Source of the DNA: an uncultured Actinomycetota bacterium | Lineage (GTDB): Bacteria; Actinomycetota; Actinomycetes; Propionibacteriales; Nocardioidaceae | Length of the DNA: 64,000 nucleotides | Direction of reading: 5' to 3' | NCBI GenBank assembly: GCA_963709685.1 | Contig: CAVPXH010000020.1 | Coordinates: forward strand, 79,838 to 143,837 | Shown: piece by piece, positions 20,661-30,201 of the stretch | How positions within the stretch are numbered: position 1 is the stretch's first letter | Layout: every line of letters starts with the position of its first letter | The notes under the pieces: generated by a model | Told to the model about the DNA's origin: nothing | Seen by the model: the letters and a program-made list of their open reading frames with translations, nothing else | Database searches by the model: none | Position numbers and translations under genes: made by a program

Positions 20661-21257
20661 TCAGTCCTCCTGTGCGCTGTGCGCTGCGGCCGGGCGGACG
20701 GCCACGGCGATGCGGTAGACGGTGATGAGCCCGATCATGACCGCGGCGACCGGGACGGCGGCGGTGTAGAGGTTGTAGGGCACGTTCAGCAGCGGGGTGT
20801 TCCCCGGCGAGGTCGACATCACGTCGCGGGCGCCCAGCAGCAGTGCCCCCATCAGTGCCAGCACCAACAGCTCCTGGACCACGGTCAGGGCGCGGCGGCC
20901 GCGCTCGGGCAGCCGCTCGATCAGCGTGTCGACGACGATGTGCTCGCGGTGAAGGTGTGCCAGCCCGGCGCCGAGGAAGATCACCCAGACGAACAGCAAC
21001 CGGGCCAGCTCGTCGGAGACGGCGAGCGACTTGTCCAGCACGAACCGGCCGAACACGTTGACCCCGACGGCGACGATGAGCACCACGAGCAGGGTGACCA
21101 TCACGGTCTTGAGGCTGAAGTCGAGAACCCGGAAGAAGCGGGGCAGGGCCGCGAGGCGCTGCCGGTCCTGCGCGGCGAACTCCTCGGGGCTGCCCGGGTC
21201 GCCCAGCGAGGGCGACTCCTCGGGGCCGGCGCTGTCCGCCGTTGTCGTGGTCTCCAT
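20661..21257 (-). CDS. dctQ: TRAP transporter small permease DctQ
   Basis: ATG at 21257; four TM segments; ELARLLFVWVIFLGA and HIVVD. Confidence 0.88.
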   Translation of the reverse strand: METTTTADSAGPEESPSLGDPGSPEEFAAQDRQRLAALPRFFRVLDFSLKTVMVTLLVVLIVAVGVNVFGRFVLDKSLAVSDELARLLFVWVIFLGAGLAHLHREHIVVDTLIERLPERGRRALTVVQELLVLALMGALLLGARDVMSTSPGNTPLLNVPYNLYTAAVPVAAVMIGLITVYRIAVAVRPAAAHSAQED

Positions 21258-21331
21258 CAAAGCTGCGCTCCTTCGTGTTGCGGGGGTGGGGCGCCAGGTG
21301 CCCCACCCCCGCAGCCGGGTCGGCCGGGCCG

Positions 21332-22477
21332 TCAGCCCTGGGCTTCCTTCTGGACCTGGGCGACCAGGTTCTTGCCGATCTTCGGCGCCCACTTGTCGTA
21401 CACGGGCTGGACCGCCTTGCGGAAGGCAGCCATCTGCGACGGCGACAGGTCGTTGATCTTCATGCCCTTGTCCTTCAGCTGCTGCTTGGCGTAGTCGCTG
21501 AACTCTCGGCTGACCTTGCGCTCGTAGTCGCGTGCCGAGTAGGCGGCCTGCTGGACGATCTGCTGGTCCTGGGGGCTGAGGCTGTTGAAGAACTTCTCGC
21601 CGATCATGATGATGAAGGGCGAGTAGACGTGCCGGGTGTCCGAGGCGTACTTCTGCACCTCGTAGAACTTCGAGGTCAGGATCGTGTTCCAGGGGTTCTC
21701 CTGGCCGTCCACGACGCCCTGCTGCAGGGCGCTGAAGACCTCGCCGAACGCCATCGAGGTCGGGTTCGCGCCGAGCGTCTTCCAGATGTCGACCTGGATC
21801 GGGTTCTCCATCACGCGGATGGCCAGGCCCTTGACGTCGGCCGGAGAGGTCACCGGCCGCTTGTCGTTGGTCAGCTCGCGGTAGCCGTTCTCCGAGAAGG
21901 CGAGGGCCTTGATGCCCGAGCCCTTGAAGCTGTCGAGCATCTTCTGGCCGATCGGTCCGTCGAGCACCTTGTCCGCCGACTGCGGCGTGGGGAACAGGAA
22001 CGGCAGGTCGAACAGGGAGAGCTGCGGAACGATGCTCGCGGCCGGAGACGTGGAGGGATACGTCATCTCCAGGGTCCCGGACTGGAGCGCCGACATCATC
22101 TGGTTGTCGTCACCGACGGCGCTGTCGGTGAAGATCTTGACCTTCAGGCGGCCGTTGGTCCGCTTGTCCAGGATGTTCTTGAAGTACTCCACCGAGAGCT
22201 CCTGCGGTGAGCCCTTGGACAGGCCGATGCCGAACTTGATGGTGTGCGAGTCGCCGTTGGCGACCACGCTGCCCTTGATCGGAGGCGGGTCCGAGAGCTG
22301 AGGACCGCTGGCACTGCTGCTGCCGCTGTCGTTGCTGTTCCCCGAGCCCCCGGAGCCGCCCGAGCTCCCGGCGGCCTGGTTGCTGTTGAAACCGCCGCCG
22401 CACGCGGCGAGCATCGTGGCGCCGGCGGCCAGCAGGGTGATCCGGGCGACTGCCGCCCGTGCCCTGGTCTTCCTCAT
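21332..22477 (-). CDS. dctP: TRAP transporter substrate-binding lipoprotein DctP
   Basis: Lipobox MLAAC, Gly/Ser linker, ENGYRELTN, GLAIRVME, GEVFSALQQGVVDGQENP and FYEVQKY. Confidence 0.92.
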   Translation of the reverse strand: MRKTRARAAVARITLLAAGATMLAACGGGFNSNQAAGSSGGSGGSGNSNDSGSSSASGPQLSDPPPIKGSVVANGDSHTIKFGIGLSKGSPQELSVEYFKNILDKRTNGRLKVKIFTDSAVGDDNQMMSALQSGTLEMTYPSTSPAASIVPQLSLFDLPFLFPTPQSADKVLDGPIGQKMLDSFKGSGIKALAFSENGYRELTNDKRPVTSPADVKGLAIRVMENPIQVDIWKTLGANPTSMAFGEVFSALQQGVVDGQENPWNTILTSKFYEVQKYASDTRHVYSPFIIMIGEKFFNSLSPQDQQIVQQAAYSARDYERKVSREFSDYAKQQLKDKGMKINDLSPSQMAAFRKAVQPVYDKWAPKIGKNLVAQVQKEAQG

Positions 22478-22781
22478 CTGTGACTCCTTGTCGGTGTGCT
22501 GTGCACGGCTTGTCGAGGGCGACTGGCTCGAGCCGCTGCGAGCGCAACCCCGGCCGATGTGTGGTCTCCGCCACACATCGACGATGGTGCCGTATCGTAT
22601 AGGAAACAACCGGGTCCAACGCAAGAGTCGACATTGACGACAGGATCCAATGAGGATCTAATGCGGCCGATCGGGGCTCGGGCCGTCCCCCGAACCGGGG
22701 CGCGAGAGGAGGCGGGATGCAGAACCACCAGCAGGGAGGCACCTGCCGGGCCTGGGCGGGCGACTGCTCCGAGGCGGCGCG

Positions 22782-23987
22782 GTGAGTCCCCGGGTCGTTG
22801 CGCTCGAGACGGTGCGTCCGCGTATCCAGCCGAACGTGCTGTTCCTGCGGCTGCACACCGACGACGGCCTCATCGGTCTCGGGGAGTCGTTCTTCGGTGC
22901 ACGCACCGTCGAGGCGTACCTGCACGAATCGGTCGCCGAGGTCCTGTTCGCCTGCGCCGACCCGACTCCGGAGCGGGTCGCAGCCATGCTCCGTCCCTAC
23001 GTCGGCTACCAGGGTGCCGGCGCGGAGGTGCGAGGGAACGCCGCGGTCGACCTCGCCCTGTGGGACCTGCTCGGGCAGCGGGCCGAACTCCCGCTCGCCC
23101 GCCTGCTCGGCGGCCCGGTCCGCGACCGCGTCCCCGTCTACAACACCTGCGCAGGCAGCGCCTACGTCAGCACCTCCACCCGGCAGGAGTCCGCGAACTG
23201 GGGACGTGACGGCTCCCGCGGGCGACGGTACGACGACCTGGACGCCTTCCTCGAGCGCCCCGGACAGCTGGCCCGCGAGCTGTGGGACGAGGGCATCCGG
23301 GGCATGAAGGTCTGGCCCTTCGACCGCGCCGCCGAGCGGTCCGGCGGCACCGACATCAGCCGCGACGAGGTCGCGCGCGGCACCGCGGTGCTGGAGGCGG
23401 TGCGGGAGGAGGTCGGCGAGGACATGCGCCTGATGGTCGAGCTCCACGGGCTGTGGGATCGCCGGTGTGCCACCCTCCTGTGCGACGCGGTTGCGCCGTA
23501 CCGGCCGTTCTGGGTGGAGGACCCGATGCGGCCCGACGCCGTCGAGGGGCTGGCCCGGTTACGGGAGGACGTCGACGTCACGCTCGCCACCGGGGAGACC
23601 TGCGTCGGTCGACGGGGCTTCGCGCCCCTGCTCGCGCGCGGTGCGCTCGACGTGGCCACCGTGGACCTGCTCTGGTCGGGAGGGTTGACCGAGGCGCGCA
23701 AGGTCGCCGCCTTCGCCGACACTTTCGGAGTCTCCGTCGCCCCGCACGACTGCACCGGGCCGGTGGCCCTCGCGGCCTGTTGCCACCTCGTGCTCAGCCA
23801 GCCCAACGGGCTGATCCAGGAGACGGTGCGGGCCTTCCTGCGCACCTGGTACGGCGAGCTCGTCGAGGGCCTGCCGGCGGTGACCGACGGCACCGTCGGC
23901 CTCGTCGACACGCCGGGCCACGGCGTGCGACTACGCGAGGGGCTCCTCGACGGCGACCAGGTGGAGACCTCGGTCTCCCGGCCGTGA
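22782..23987 (+). CDS. Mandelate racemase/muconate lactonizing family sugar-acid dehydratase
   Basis: GLGESF, AVDLALWDLLG, VYNTCAG, KVWPF, MVELH, WVEDP, GET and PHDC. Confidence 0.85.
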   Translation: MSPRVVALETVRPRIQPNVLFLRLHTDDGLIGLGESFFGARTVEAYLHESVAEVLFACADPTPERVAAMLRPYVGYQGAGAEVRGNAAVDLALWDLLGQRAELPLARLLGGPVRDRVPVYNTCAGSAYVSTSTRQESANWGRDGSRGRRYDDLDAFLERPGQLARELWDEGIRGMKVWPFDRAAERSGGTDISRDEVARGTAVLEAVREEVGEDMRLMVELHGLWDRRCATLLCDAVAPYRPFWVEDPMRPDAVEGLARLREDVDVTLATGETCVGRRGFAPLLARGALDVATVDLLWSGGLTEARKVAAFADTFGVSVAPHDCTGPVALAACCHLVLSQPNGLIQETVRAFLRTWYGELVEGLPAVTDGTVGLVDTPGHGVRLREGLLDGDQVETSVSRP

Positions 23988-24025
23988 GCGCACACGCTCC
24001 TCATCCCCGACCACAAGGAGAAGAG

Positions 24026-24907
24026 ATGAACCTCGACGACTCGTTCGACCTGCTTGCGGAGCTGGGCTACTCCCGTGCTGTCGCCCTCACCGACTCGGCG
24101 TCCCGTTTCCCCGGCGGTGACGCCTGGCGGGTGGAGATCCCCAGCTGTGAGGGTCCGGCCGTGATGGCAGCGGTGGTCGAGGAGGCCGACCGCCGTGGCG
24201 TCCCCGTCCATCGGATCTCGCAGGGGAGCGGGGTGATGATGCTGACGGACGCGGAGATCACCCGCATGGTGGAGCTCGGGCACGAGCGGGACATCGAGGT
24301 CTGCCTCTTCCTCGGTCCCCGCGGGGCCTGGGACACCGGAGGGCAGGCCAAGGTCTCGGCCGCCGCCGGCGCGGCGGCGCGGGGCAGCCGTGCGGTGGCG
24401 GCCTGTCTGTACGACGCCTTCCGCGCCGTCGACCTCGGCGTGCGCAGCCTGCTCGTGGGTGACCTCGGGGTGCTCCGCCTGCTGCGCCGGCTCAAGGACG
24501 AGGGCCGCCTGCCCGCGGACCTGGCCCTCAAGACCTCGGTGATGATGCCGCTCACCAACGCTCCGACGGCGACCCTCTACGAGGAGGCGGGGGCGACGAG
24601 CCTGAACGTGTCCACCGACCTCGAGCTCGCCACCCTGGCCGAGATGCGCGCTGCCACCTCCGTGCCGCTCGACATGTACGTCGAGGTGCCCGACGACCAG
24701 GGGGGCAGCGTGCGCTTCTTCGACGTGCCCGACGTCGTGCGGGTCGCCGCGCCCGTCTACCTCAAGATGGGCCTGCGCAACGCGCCGAACATCTACCCGA
24801 CCGGGGCACACCTCGCGGACCTCGCGATCGCCCTGGGTCGTGAGCGAGTCCGCCGCGCCGAGCTGGTGCTGCAGCTGCTTCGTGCCGGACGAGGGGACGC
24901 GTCGTGA
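24026..24907 (+). CDS. Uncharacterised protein, peptidase-U32-like TIM-barrel family
   Basis: RBS AAGGAG and ATG at 24026; RVEIPSCEGP, VHRISQGSG, LFLGPRGAWD and DMYVEVPDDQGG resemble a conserved family often labelled U32 (recalled). Confidence 0.65.
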   Translation: MNLDDSFDLLAELGYSRAVALTDSASRFPGGDAWRVEIPSCEGPAVMAAVVEEADRRGVPVHRISQGSGVMMLTDAEITRMVELGHERDIEVCLFLGPRGAWDTGGQAKVSAAAGAAARGSRAVAACLYDAFRAVDLGVRSLLVGDLGVLRLLRRLKDEGRLPADLALKTSVMMPLTNAPTATLYEEAGATSLNVSTDLELATLAEMRAATSVPLDMYVEVPDDQGGSVRFFDVPDVVRVAAPVYLKMGLRNAPNIYPTGAHLADLAIALGRERVRRAELVLQLLRAGRGDAS

Positions 24908-26289
24908 GCCGAGCGGCTCGCGCGCCCGTCGTCCTCGACCTGGTGTCCCGGCTCGGCGAGAAGCAGGTGGTCACCGACCGGGACGTCCTCGAGTCCGCCC
25001 GGCACGACCGGGCGACGTACTGCCCGGCCGGGGAGCCGCTGGTGCTGGTGCGCCCGACCTCCACCGAGCAGGTGCAGCAGGTGGTCCTGCTGGCCCGCGA
25101 GCACCGGGTCCCGCTCGTCACGCAGGGCGCGCGCACCGGACTGTCCGGTGCCGCCAACGCCGTGGACGGTTGTGTGCTGCTGTCCACGCAGCGGCTGAAC
25201 CGGATCCTCGAGGTCGACGCGGACGACATGGTGGCGGTCGTGCAGCCCGGCGTGGTGAACGCGGCGTTGTCACGGGCAGTCGCCGAGCGGGGACTGTTCT
25301 ACCCGCCCGACCCCTCGTCGTGGGAGGAGTCCACCATCGGGGGCAACGTGGCCACCAACGCGGGCGGGCTGTGCTGCGTGAAGTACGGCGTGACCGCCGA
25401 CTTCGTGCGCGGCCTCGAGGTGGTGCTGGGCACCGGCGACATCGTGCGTACCGGCCGGCGCACGGTCAAGGGAGTCGCCGGCTACGACCTGACCAGGCTG
25501 GTCGTCGGGTCGGAGGGCACGCTGGGCGTGGTGACCGAGGTGACCCTCGCGCTGCGCCCTGCCGCGGAGACGGCCCTCACCGCGGCCGCCACCTTCCGCC
25601 GCGGCGAGGACGCGCTGCGCGCGGCCGCGGCGGTCATGGCCGCGGGCCTGCGCCCGTCGCTGCTGGAGTTCGTCGACGGCACCACGGCCCGCGCCATCCA
25701 GGCCGTGCGTGACATGGGGCTGCCCGAGGACGTCGGCGGCCTGCTCCTGGCGCAGTCGGACCGCGGCGACCGCGCCGCCGAGGATGTCCGCCGGATCGCG
25801 TCGATCTGCCTCGCCGAGGGCGCCGTGGACGTGGCCGAGGCCGCCGATGCGGAGGAGTCCCGGATGCTCCTGGAGGCGCGGCGCCTGGTGAACGCCGGGC
25901 TCGAGACCCTGGGGGCGACGCTCGTCGATGACGTCGCCGTGCCACGGTCCCGGCTCGCGGAGCTGCTGCGCGGCATCGAGCGGATCGCGGAGGAGACCGG
26001 CGTCCTGGTCGCCTGCCCGGGGCACGTCGGCGACGGGAACATGCACCCGACGGTGATCATCGATCGCGACGATCCGAACTCCGGAGCGCGCGGGGTGCGC
26101 GCCTTCGACGCGATCATGGAGCTCGGCCTCCGACTCGGCGGCACGATCACCGGTGAGCACGGCGTCGGCATGCTCAAGCGGGACTGGCTCGAACGGGAGC
26201 TGGGCGTCACGAGCGCGGCCCTGCACCGAGAGCTGCGTCGGGTCTTCGACCCCTCCGGCGTGCTCAACCCCGGCAAGGTCCTGGCCTGA
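24904..26289 (+). CDS. FAD-linked oxidase (GlcD / D-lactate dehydrogenase family)
   Basis: GARTGLSG, PPDPSS, TIGGNVATNAGG, VGSEGTLG, GDGNMHP, GEHGVG and LNPGK. Confidence 0.88.
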   Translation: MSRAARAPVVLDLVSRLGEKQVVTDRDVLESARHDRATYCPAGEPLVLVRPTSTEQVQQVVLLAREHRVPLVTQGARTGLSGAANAVDGCVLLSTQRLNRILEVDADDMVAVVQPGVVNAALSRAVAERGLFYPPDPSSWEESTIGGNVATNAGGLCCVKYGVTADFVRGLEVVLGTGDIVRTGRRTVKGVAGYDLTRLVVGSEGTLGVVTEVTLALRPAAETALTAAATFRRGEDALRAAAAVMAAGLRPSLLEFVDGTTARAIQAVRDMGLPEDVGGLLLAQSDRGDRAAEDVRRIASICLAEGAVDVAEAADAEESRMLLEARRLVNAGLETLGATLVDDVAVPRSRLAELLRGIERIAEETGVLVACPGHVGDGNMHPTVIIDRDDPNSGARGVRAFDAIMELGLRLGGTITGEHGVGMLKRDWLERELGVTSAALHRELRRVFDPSGVLNPGKVLA

Positions 26290-26427
26290 ACGCCGACCGC
26301 CGCACCCGGCGGGTGCCTGCCCGACGGCGGTAGTGCTCCCCGTCCACGCGCGGCACGCGCGCCGCGCCACTGCGGCACCACCGGGCCGGGGTTTGGCGGC
26401 GGCGTCCCACCGGGCACGCTGGAGGTC

Positions 26428-27456
26428 ATGAAATCAACCCAGATCCGCCTTGCCGCCCGCCCCGTCGGAGAGCCCGACGACAGCTGCTTCGAGACCACCA
26501 CCGTCGACCTGCCCGACCTGAGCGACGGCCAGGTCCTGCTGCGCGTGGTCTACCTCTCCCTGGACCCCTACATGCGCGGCCGGATGAGCGCCGCGAAGTC
26601 CTACGCCGCCCCGGTGGAGGTCGGCGACGTGATGGTCGGCGGCACGGTCGCCGAGGTGGTCGAGTCGCGCAGCGAGAAGGTCGCGGCCGGTGACCTGGTG
26701 CTGTCCTACTCCGGCTGGCAGAGCCACGCGGTCGCCGACGAGAACGCGGTCCGGCGCCTCGACCCGGCCGAGGCCCCGGTCTCCACCGCGCTGGGCGTGC
26801 TCGGCATGCCGGGCTTCACCGCCTACGCCGGGCTGCTCGAGATCGGCAAGCCGAAGGAGGGCGAGACCGTCGCGGTCGCGGCCGCGACCGGCCCGGTCGG
26901 CTCCGCGGTGGGACAGATCGCCAAGGTGAAGGGCGCCCGCGCGGTCGGCATCGCCGGCGGCCCGGAGAAGGTGCGCGCGCTCACCGAGGAGTTCGGCTTC
27001 GACGTGGCGCTCGACCACCGCGCGCCCGACTTCAAGGAACAGCTGCGAGAGGCCGTGCCGGACGGGATCGACGTCTACTTCGAGAACGTCGGCGGCCCGG
27101 TGGCCGACGCGGTGTTCGGCCTGCTCAACAAGTACGCCCGGGTCCCGGTCTGCGGCCTGGTCGCCAACTACAACGCCACCTCCGCGCCCGAGGGGCCGGA
27201 CCGGCTGCCCGGGTTCATGGGGCAGGTGCTGTCCAAGAGCCTGACCATCCGCGGCTTCATCCAGGACGAGTTCTCCCGCTCGCACGGCGCGGACTTCCGC
27301 CGGGACATGCCGGGCTGGGTCCGGGAGGGCAAGGTGCGCTACCGCGAGGACGTCGTCGAGGGCCTGGAGCACGCGCCCGAGGCGTTCCGCGGCATGCTGC
27401 GCGGCGCCAACTTCGGCAAGCTGCTCGTCCGGGTGGGGGACGACCCCACCCGCTGA
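26428..27456 (+). CDS. NADP-dependent alkenal/ene reductase (CurA/YncB type, MDR family)
   Basis: YLSLDPYMRGRM, LGMPGFTAYAGL, AATGPVGS, YFENVGG and NFGKLLV. Confidence 0.9.
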   Translation: MKSTQIRLAARPVGEPDDSCFETTTVDLPDLSDGQVLLRVVYLSLDPYMRGRMSAAKSYAAPVEVGDVMVGGTVAEVVESRSEKVAAGDLVLSYSGWQSHAVADENAVRRLDPAEAPVSTALGVLGMPGFTAYAGLLEIGKPKEGETVAVAAATGPVGSAVGQIAKVKGARAVGIAGGPEKVRALTEEFGFDVALDHRAPDFKEQLREAVPDGIDVYFENVGGPVADAVFGLLNKYARVPVCGLVANYNATSAPEGPDRLPGFMGQVLSKSLTIRGFIQDEFSRSHGADFRRDMPGWVREGKVRYREDVVEGLEHAPEAFRGMLRGANFGKLLVRVGDDPTR

Positions 27457-27517
27457 GCCGTGCGGGGCGGTCCCGCCGGGCCTACTCGGGGTTCGGCGCG
27501 TGTGGCAGGCTCGGACA

Positions 27518-28581
27518 ATGCCGCAGATCCTCGCTGCTCGGGGCAGGCTGCCCGCCCACAAGTCGACCCAGGACGAGGTCACGCGCGTCTTCGGTGACCT
27601 CATCGTCACCGGAGACGGGCTGGACCGCCGCCTGCTGCACCGGCTGCACGCGAACGCCGGGGTGAGCTCGCGGCACACCGCGCTGCCGTTGGAGGAGTAC
27701 GGCGCGCTCGAGGACTTCGGCCAGGCCAACGACGCGTTCCTCGACGTCGCGGTGGACCTCGGCGCCGAGGCCGTGCGTGACCGCCCTGGAGGCGGCCGGC
27801 CTCACCGCGCGCGACGTCGACCTGGTGGTCTCCACGACGATCACCGGTCTCGCCGTACCCTCCCTCGAGGCCCGGCTGGCCCCGCGCGTGGGCTGGCGGC
27901 CGGACGTGAAGCGGGTGCCCCTGGTCGGGCTCGGCTGCCTGGCCGGGGCGGCCGGGGTCGCCCGCGTGCACGACTACCTGCTCGGCCATCCCCGCGACGT
28001 CGCCGTGCTGCTGTCGGTGGAGCTGTGCTCGCTGACCGTCCAGCGCGGCGACACGTCGGTGGCCAACCTGGTGGCCAGCGGGCTGTTCGGCGACGGTGCC
28101 GCCGCGGTCGTCGTGGTCGGCGAGGACCACCCGCTGGCCGCGGCCGGGCCGCGCACGCTGGACACCCGAAGCCGCCTCTACGCCGACACCGAGCGGGCGA
28201 TGGGCTGGGACGTCGGCGCCACCGGCCTGAAGATCGTGCTCGGCGCGGAGGTGCCCGGGCTGGTCGAGGAGTACGTCGCCGAGGACGTCGACGGCTTTCT
28301 CGCCGGGCACGGGCTCACTCGCGACGACATCGGCTGGTGGGTGTGCCACCCCGGAGGCCCCAAGGTGCTCGAGGCGCTGCAGTCGGCGCTCGGCCTCGCA
28401 CGCGACGACGTCGGGCTCACCTGGGAGTCGCTGGACCGCATCGGCAACCTGTCCTCGGCCTCGGTGCTGTTCGTGCTCGAGGACACGCTCGCGACTGCGC
28501 CCGCCGGCGCCAGGCTCCTACGGGATGCTGATGGCGATGGGGCCCGGGTTCAGCCTCGAGATGGTGCTGCTGCAGGCATGA
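27518..28581 (+). CDS. Type III polyketide synthase (SrsA/BpsA-like), frameshifted near 27780 and 28500
   Basis: Catalytic triad motifs LGCLAG, HPGGPKVL and GNLSSAS, plus LFGDGAAA; C-terminal AMGPGFSLEMVLL in a third frame ending at the ATGA overlap. Confidence 0.88.
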
Positions 28582-29110
28582 GCAGCCTCGCGGCGTTCAC
28601 CGTGCTGGTCGGGCTCGTCGGCCTCGAGCGGCTGGCCGAGCTCGTGGTGTCCCGGCGCAACGCCGCGTGGAGCCTGGCGCGCGGCGGTGTCGAGCACGGC
28701 CGCGGCCACTACCCGCCGATGGTGGTGCTGCACACCGGCCTGCTGGTCGGGGCGCTGGTGGAGGCGTGGGTACGTCGACCCGCGGTGCCGGCCGCGCTGG
28801 CGTGGAGCATGCTCGTGCTCGTCGTCCTCGCCCAGGCCCTGCGGTGGTGGTGCATCCGCACGCTCGGGCCGCAGTGGAACACCCGGGTGATCGTCGTACC
28901 CGGTCTGGGGCTGGTCGCGCGCGGGCCGTACCGTCTGCTCCGCCACCCCAACTACGTCGCCGTGGTCGTCGAGGGCTTCGCGCTGCCTCTCGTGCACGCC
29001 GCGTGGATCACCGCGTGGTGTTCACGGTCCTCAACGCGGTGCTGCTGCGGGTGCGGATCCGCACCGAGGACGCAGCCCTTCGCGGCCTGTCGGCGCACGG
29101 CGCGTCATGA
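28578..29110 (+). CDS. Isoprenylcysteine carboxyl methyltransferase family protein (SrsB/BpsB-like), frameshifted near 29015
   Basis: RLAELVVSRRN, EHGRGHYPPMVVLH, LGPQWNTRV, GPYRLLRHPNY, then LLRVRIRTED in a shifted frame. Confidence 0.88.
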
Positions 29111-30119
29111 CCGACCTGCTGGTCGTCGGCGGCGGTCCGGCGGGGCTGGCCGACGGCGCTGTACGCGGCCCGCGCCGGCCTGCGGCGGTGGTGGTGGAGC
29201 CGCGGCCCGGCGCCGTCGACAAGGCCTGCGGGGAGGGGCTGATGCCGGCGGCCGTCGCGGCGCTGCGCGGACCTCGGCGTCGACCCCGTCGGGAGTGCCG
29301 TCGCCGGCATCCGCTACCTCGCGGCGACGCGGCCGCCGAGGCGCGGTTCGCGCGCGGCCGCGGGCGGGGGGTGCGCCGTACGACGCTGCACGCCGCGCTG
29401 CGCGAGGCCGTGGCCGCGGCCGGCGTGGCGGTCGGGCCGCGCGCGGGGGCGAGGTCGCGCAGGACGCCGCCGGCGTCACGGTCAACGGCATACGGGCCGG
29501 GCACCTGCTGGCCGCCGACGGCCTGCACTCGCCGGTGCGCCGCCGGCTCGGCCTCGACGTACCGCCCGGCCACCCGGCGCGCGTTCGGGCTGCGCGCGCA
29601 CCTGCGGACCCCGCCGTGGTCGTCGCTGGTCGAGGTGCACTGGGGCCGGCCGCCGAGGCGTACCTCACCCGGTCGGCGCCGGACCTCGTCGGCGTCGCGG
29701 TGCTGACGTCGCGGCGCGCGACTTCGAGGAGCACCTGAGGTCGTTCCCCTGGCTGCGCGAGCGGGTGGCCGGCGTGCCGCGGACCCCCGTGCGCGGCGCC
29801 GGCCCGCTGCGGCAGCGGTCCGCCCGGCGCGTGGCGGGCCGGGTGCTGCTGGTCGGGGACGCGGCGGGTACGTCGACGCGCTCACCGGCGAGGGCATCGC
29901 GCTGGCGCTGGCGCAGGCCCGGGAGGCGGTCGCCGCGGTGGCCGCCGGACGACGCGGCCTACGAGGCGGCGTGGTGGCGGGTGACGCCGGCGCTACCGGT
30001 GGATGACGCACGCCCTGCTGGCCGCGAGCCGGGTGCCGCCGGCGCGGCGGTCGCTGGTGCCGCTCGCCTGCGCGGCCCCGCCGCTGTTCCGTGCCGCGGT
30101 CAACGCGCTCGCCGGCTGA
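29107..30119 (+). pseudogene. FAD-dependent monooxygenase (SrsC-like) with many indels (real decay or sequencing error)
   Basis: DLLVVGGGPAGL, DKACGEGL, GVRRTTLH, AADGLHSPVRR and LLVGDAAG-YVDALTGEGI are recognisable only by switching frames several times. Confidence 0.75.
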
Positions 30120-30201
30120 CCGCGGACGCCGGACGTCATGCGGTCCAGGCACGGGGCGTTCGACCCTGGTCCGCTGTGCGGAGCAGTCCTACCCTCGCGG
30201 C

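Noticed and set aside
22190-22400. Gly/Ser low-complexity tract in DctP (similar tracts in the other SBPs)
   Set aside because: Ordinary flexible tether of actinobacterial lipoproteins.
5900-26400. Cluster as a recently acquired genomic island
   Set aside because: Some stretches look less GC-rich, but so do native lipoprotein genes. I found no integrase, tRNA or flanking direct repeats, and could not compute GC or codon statistics.
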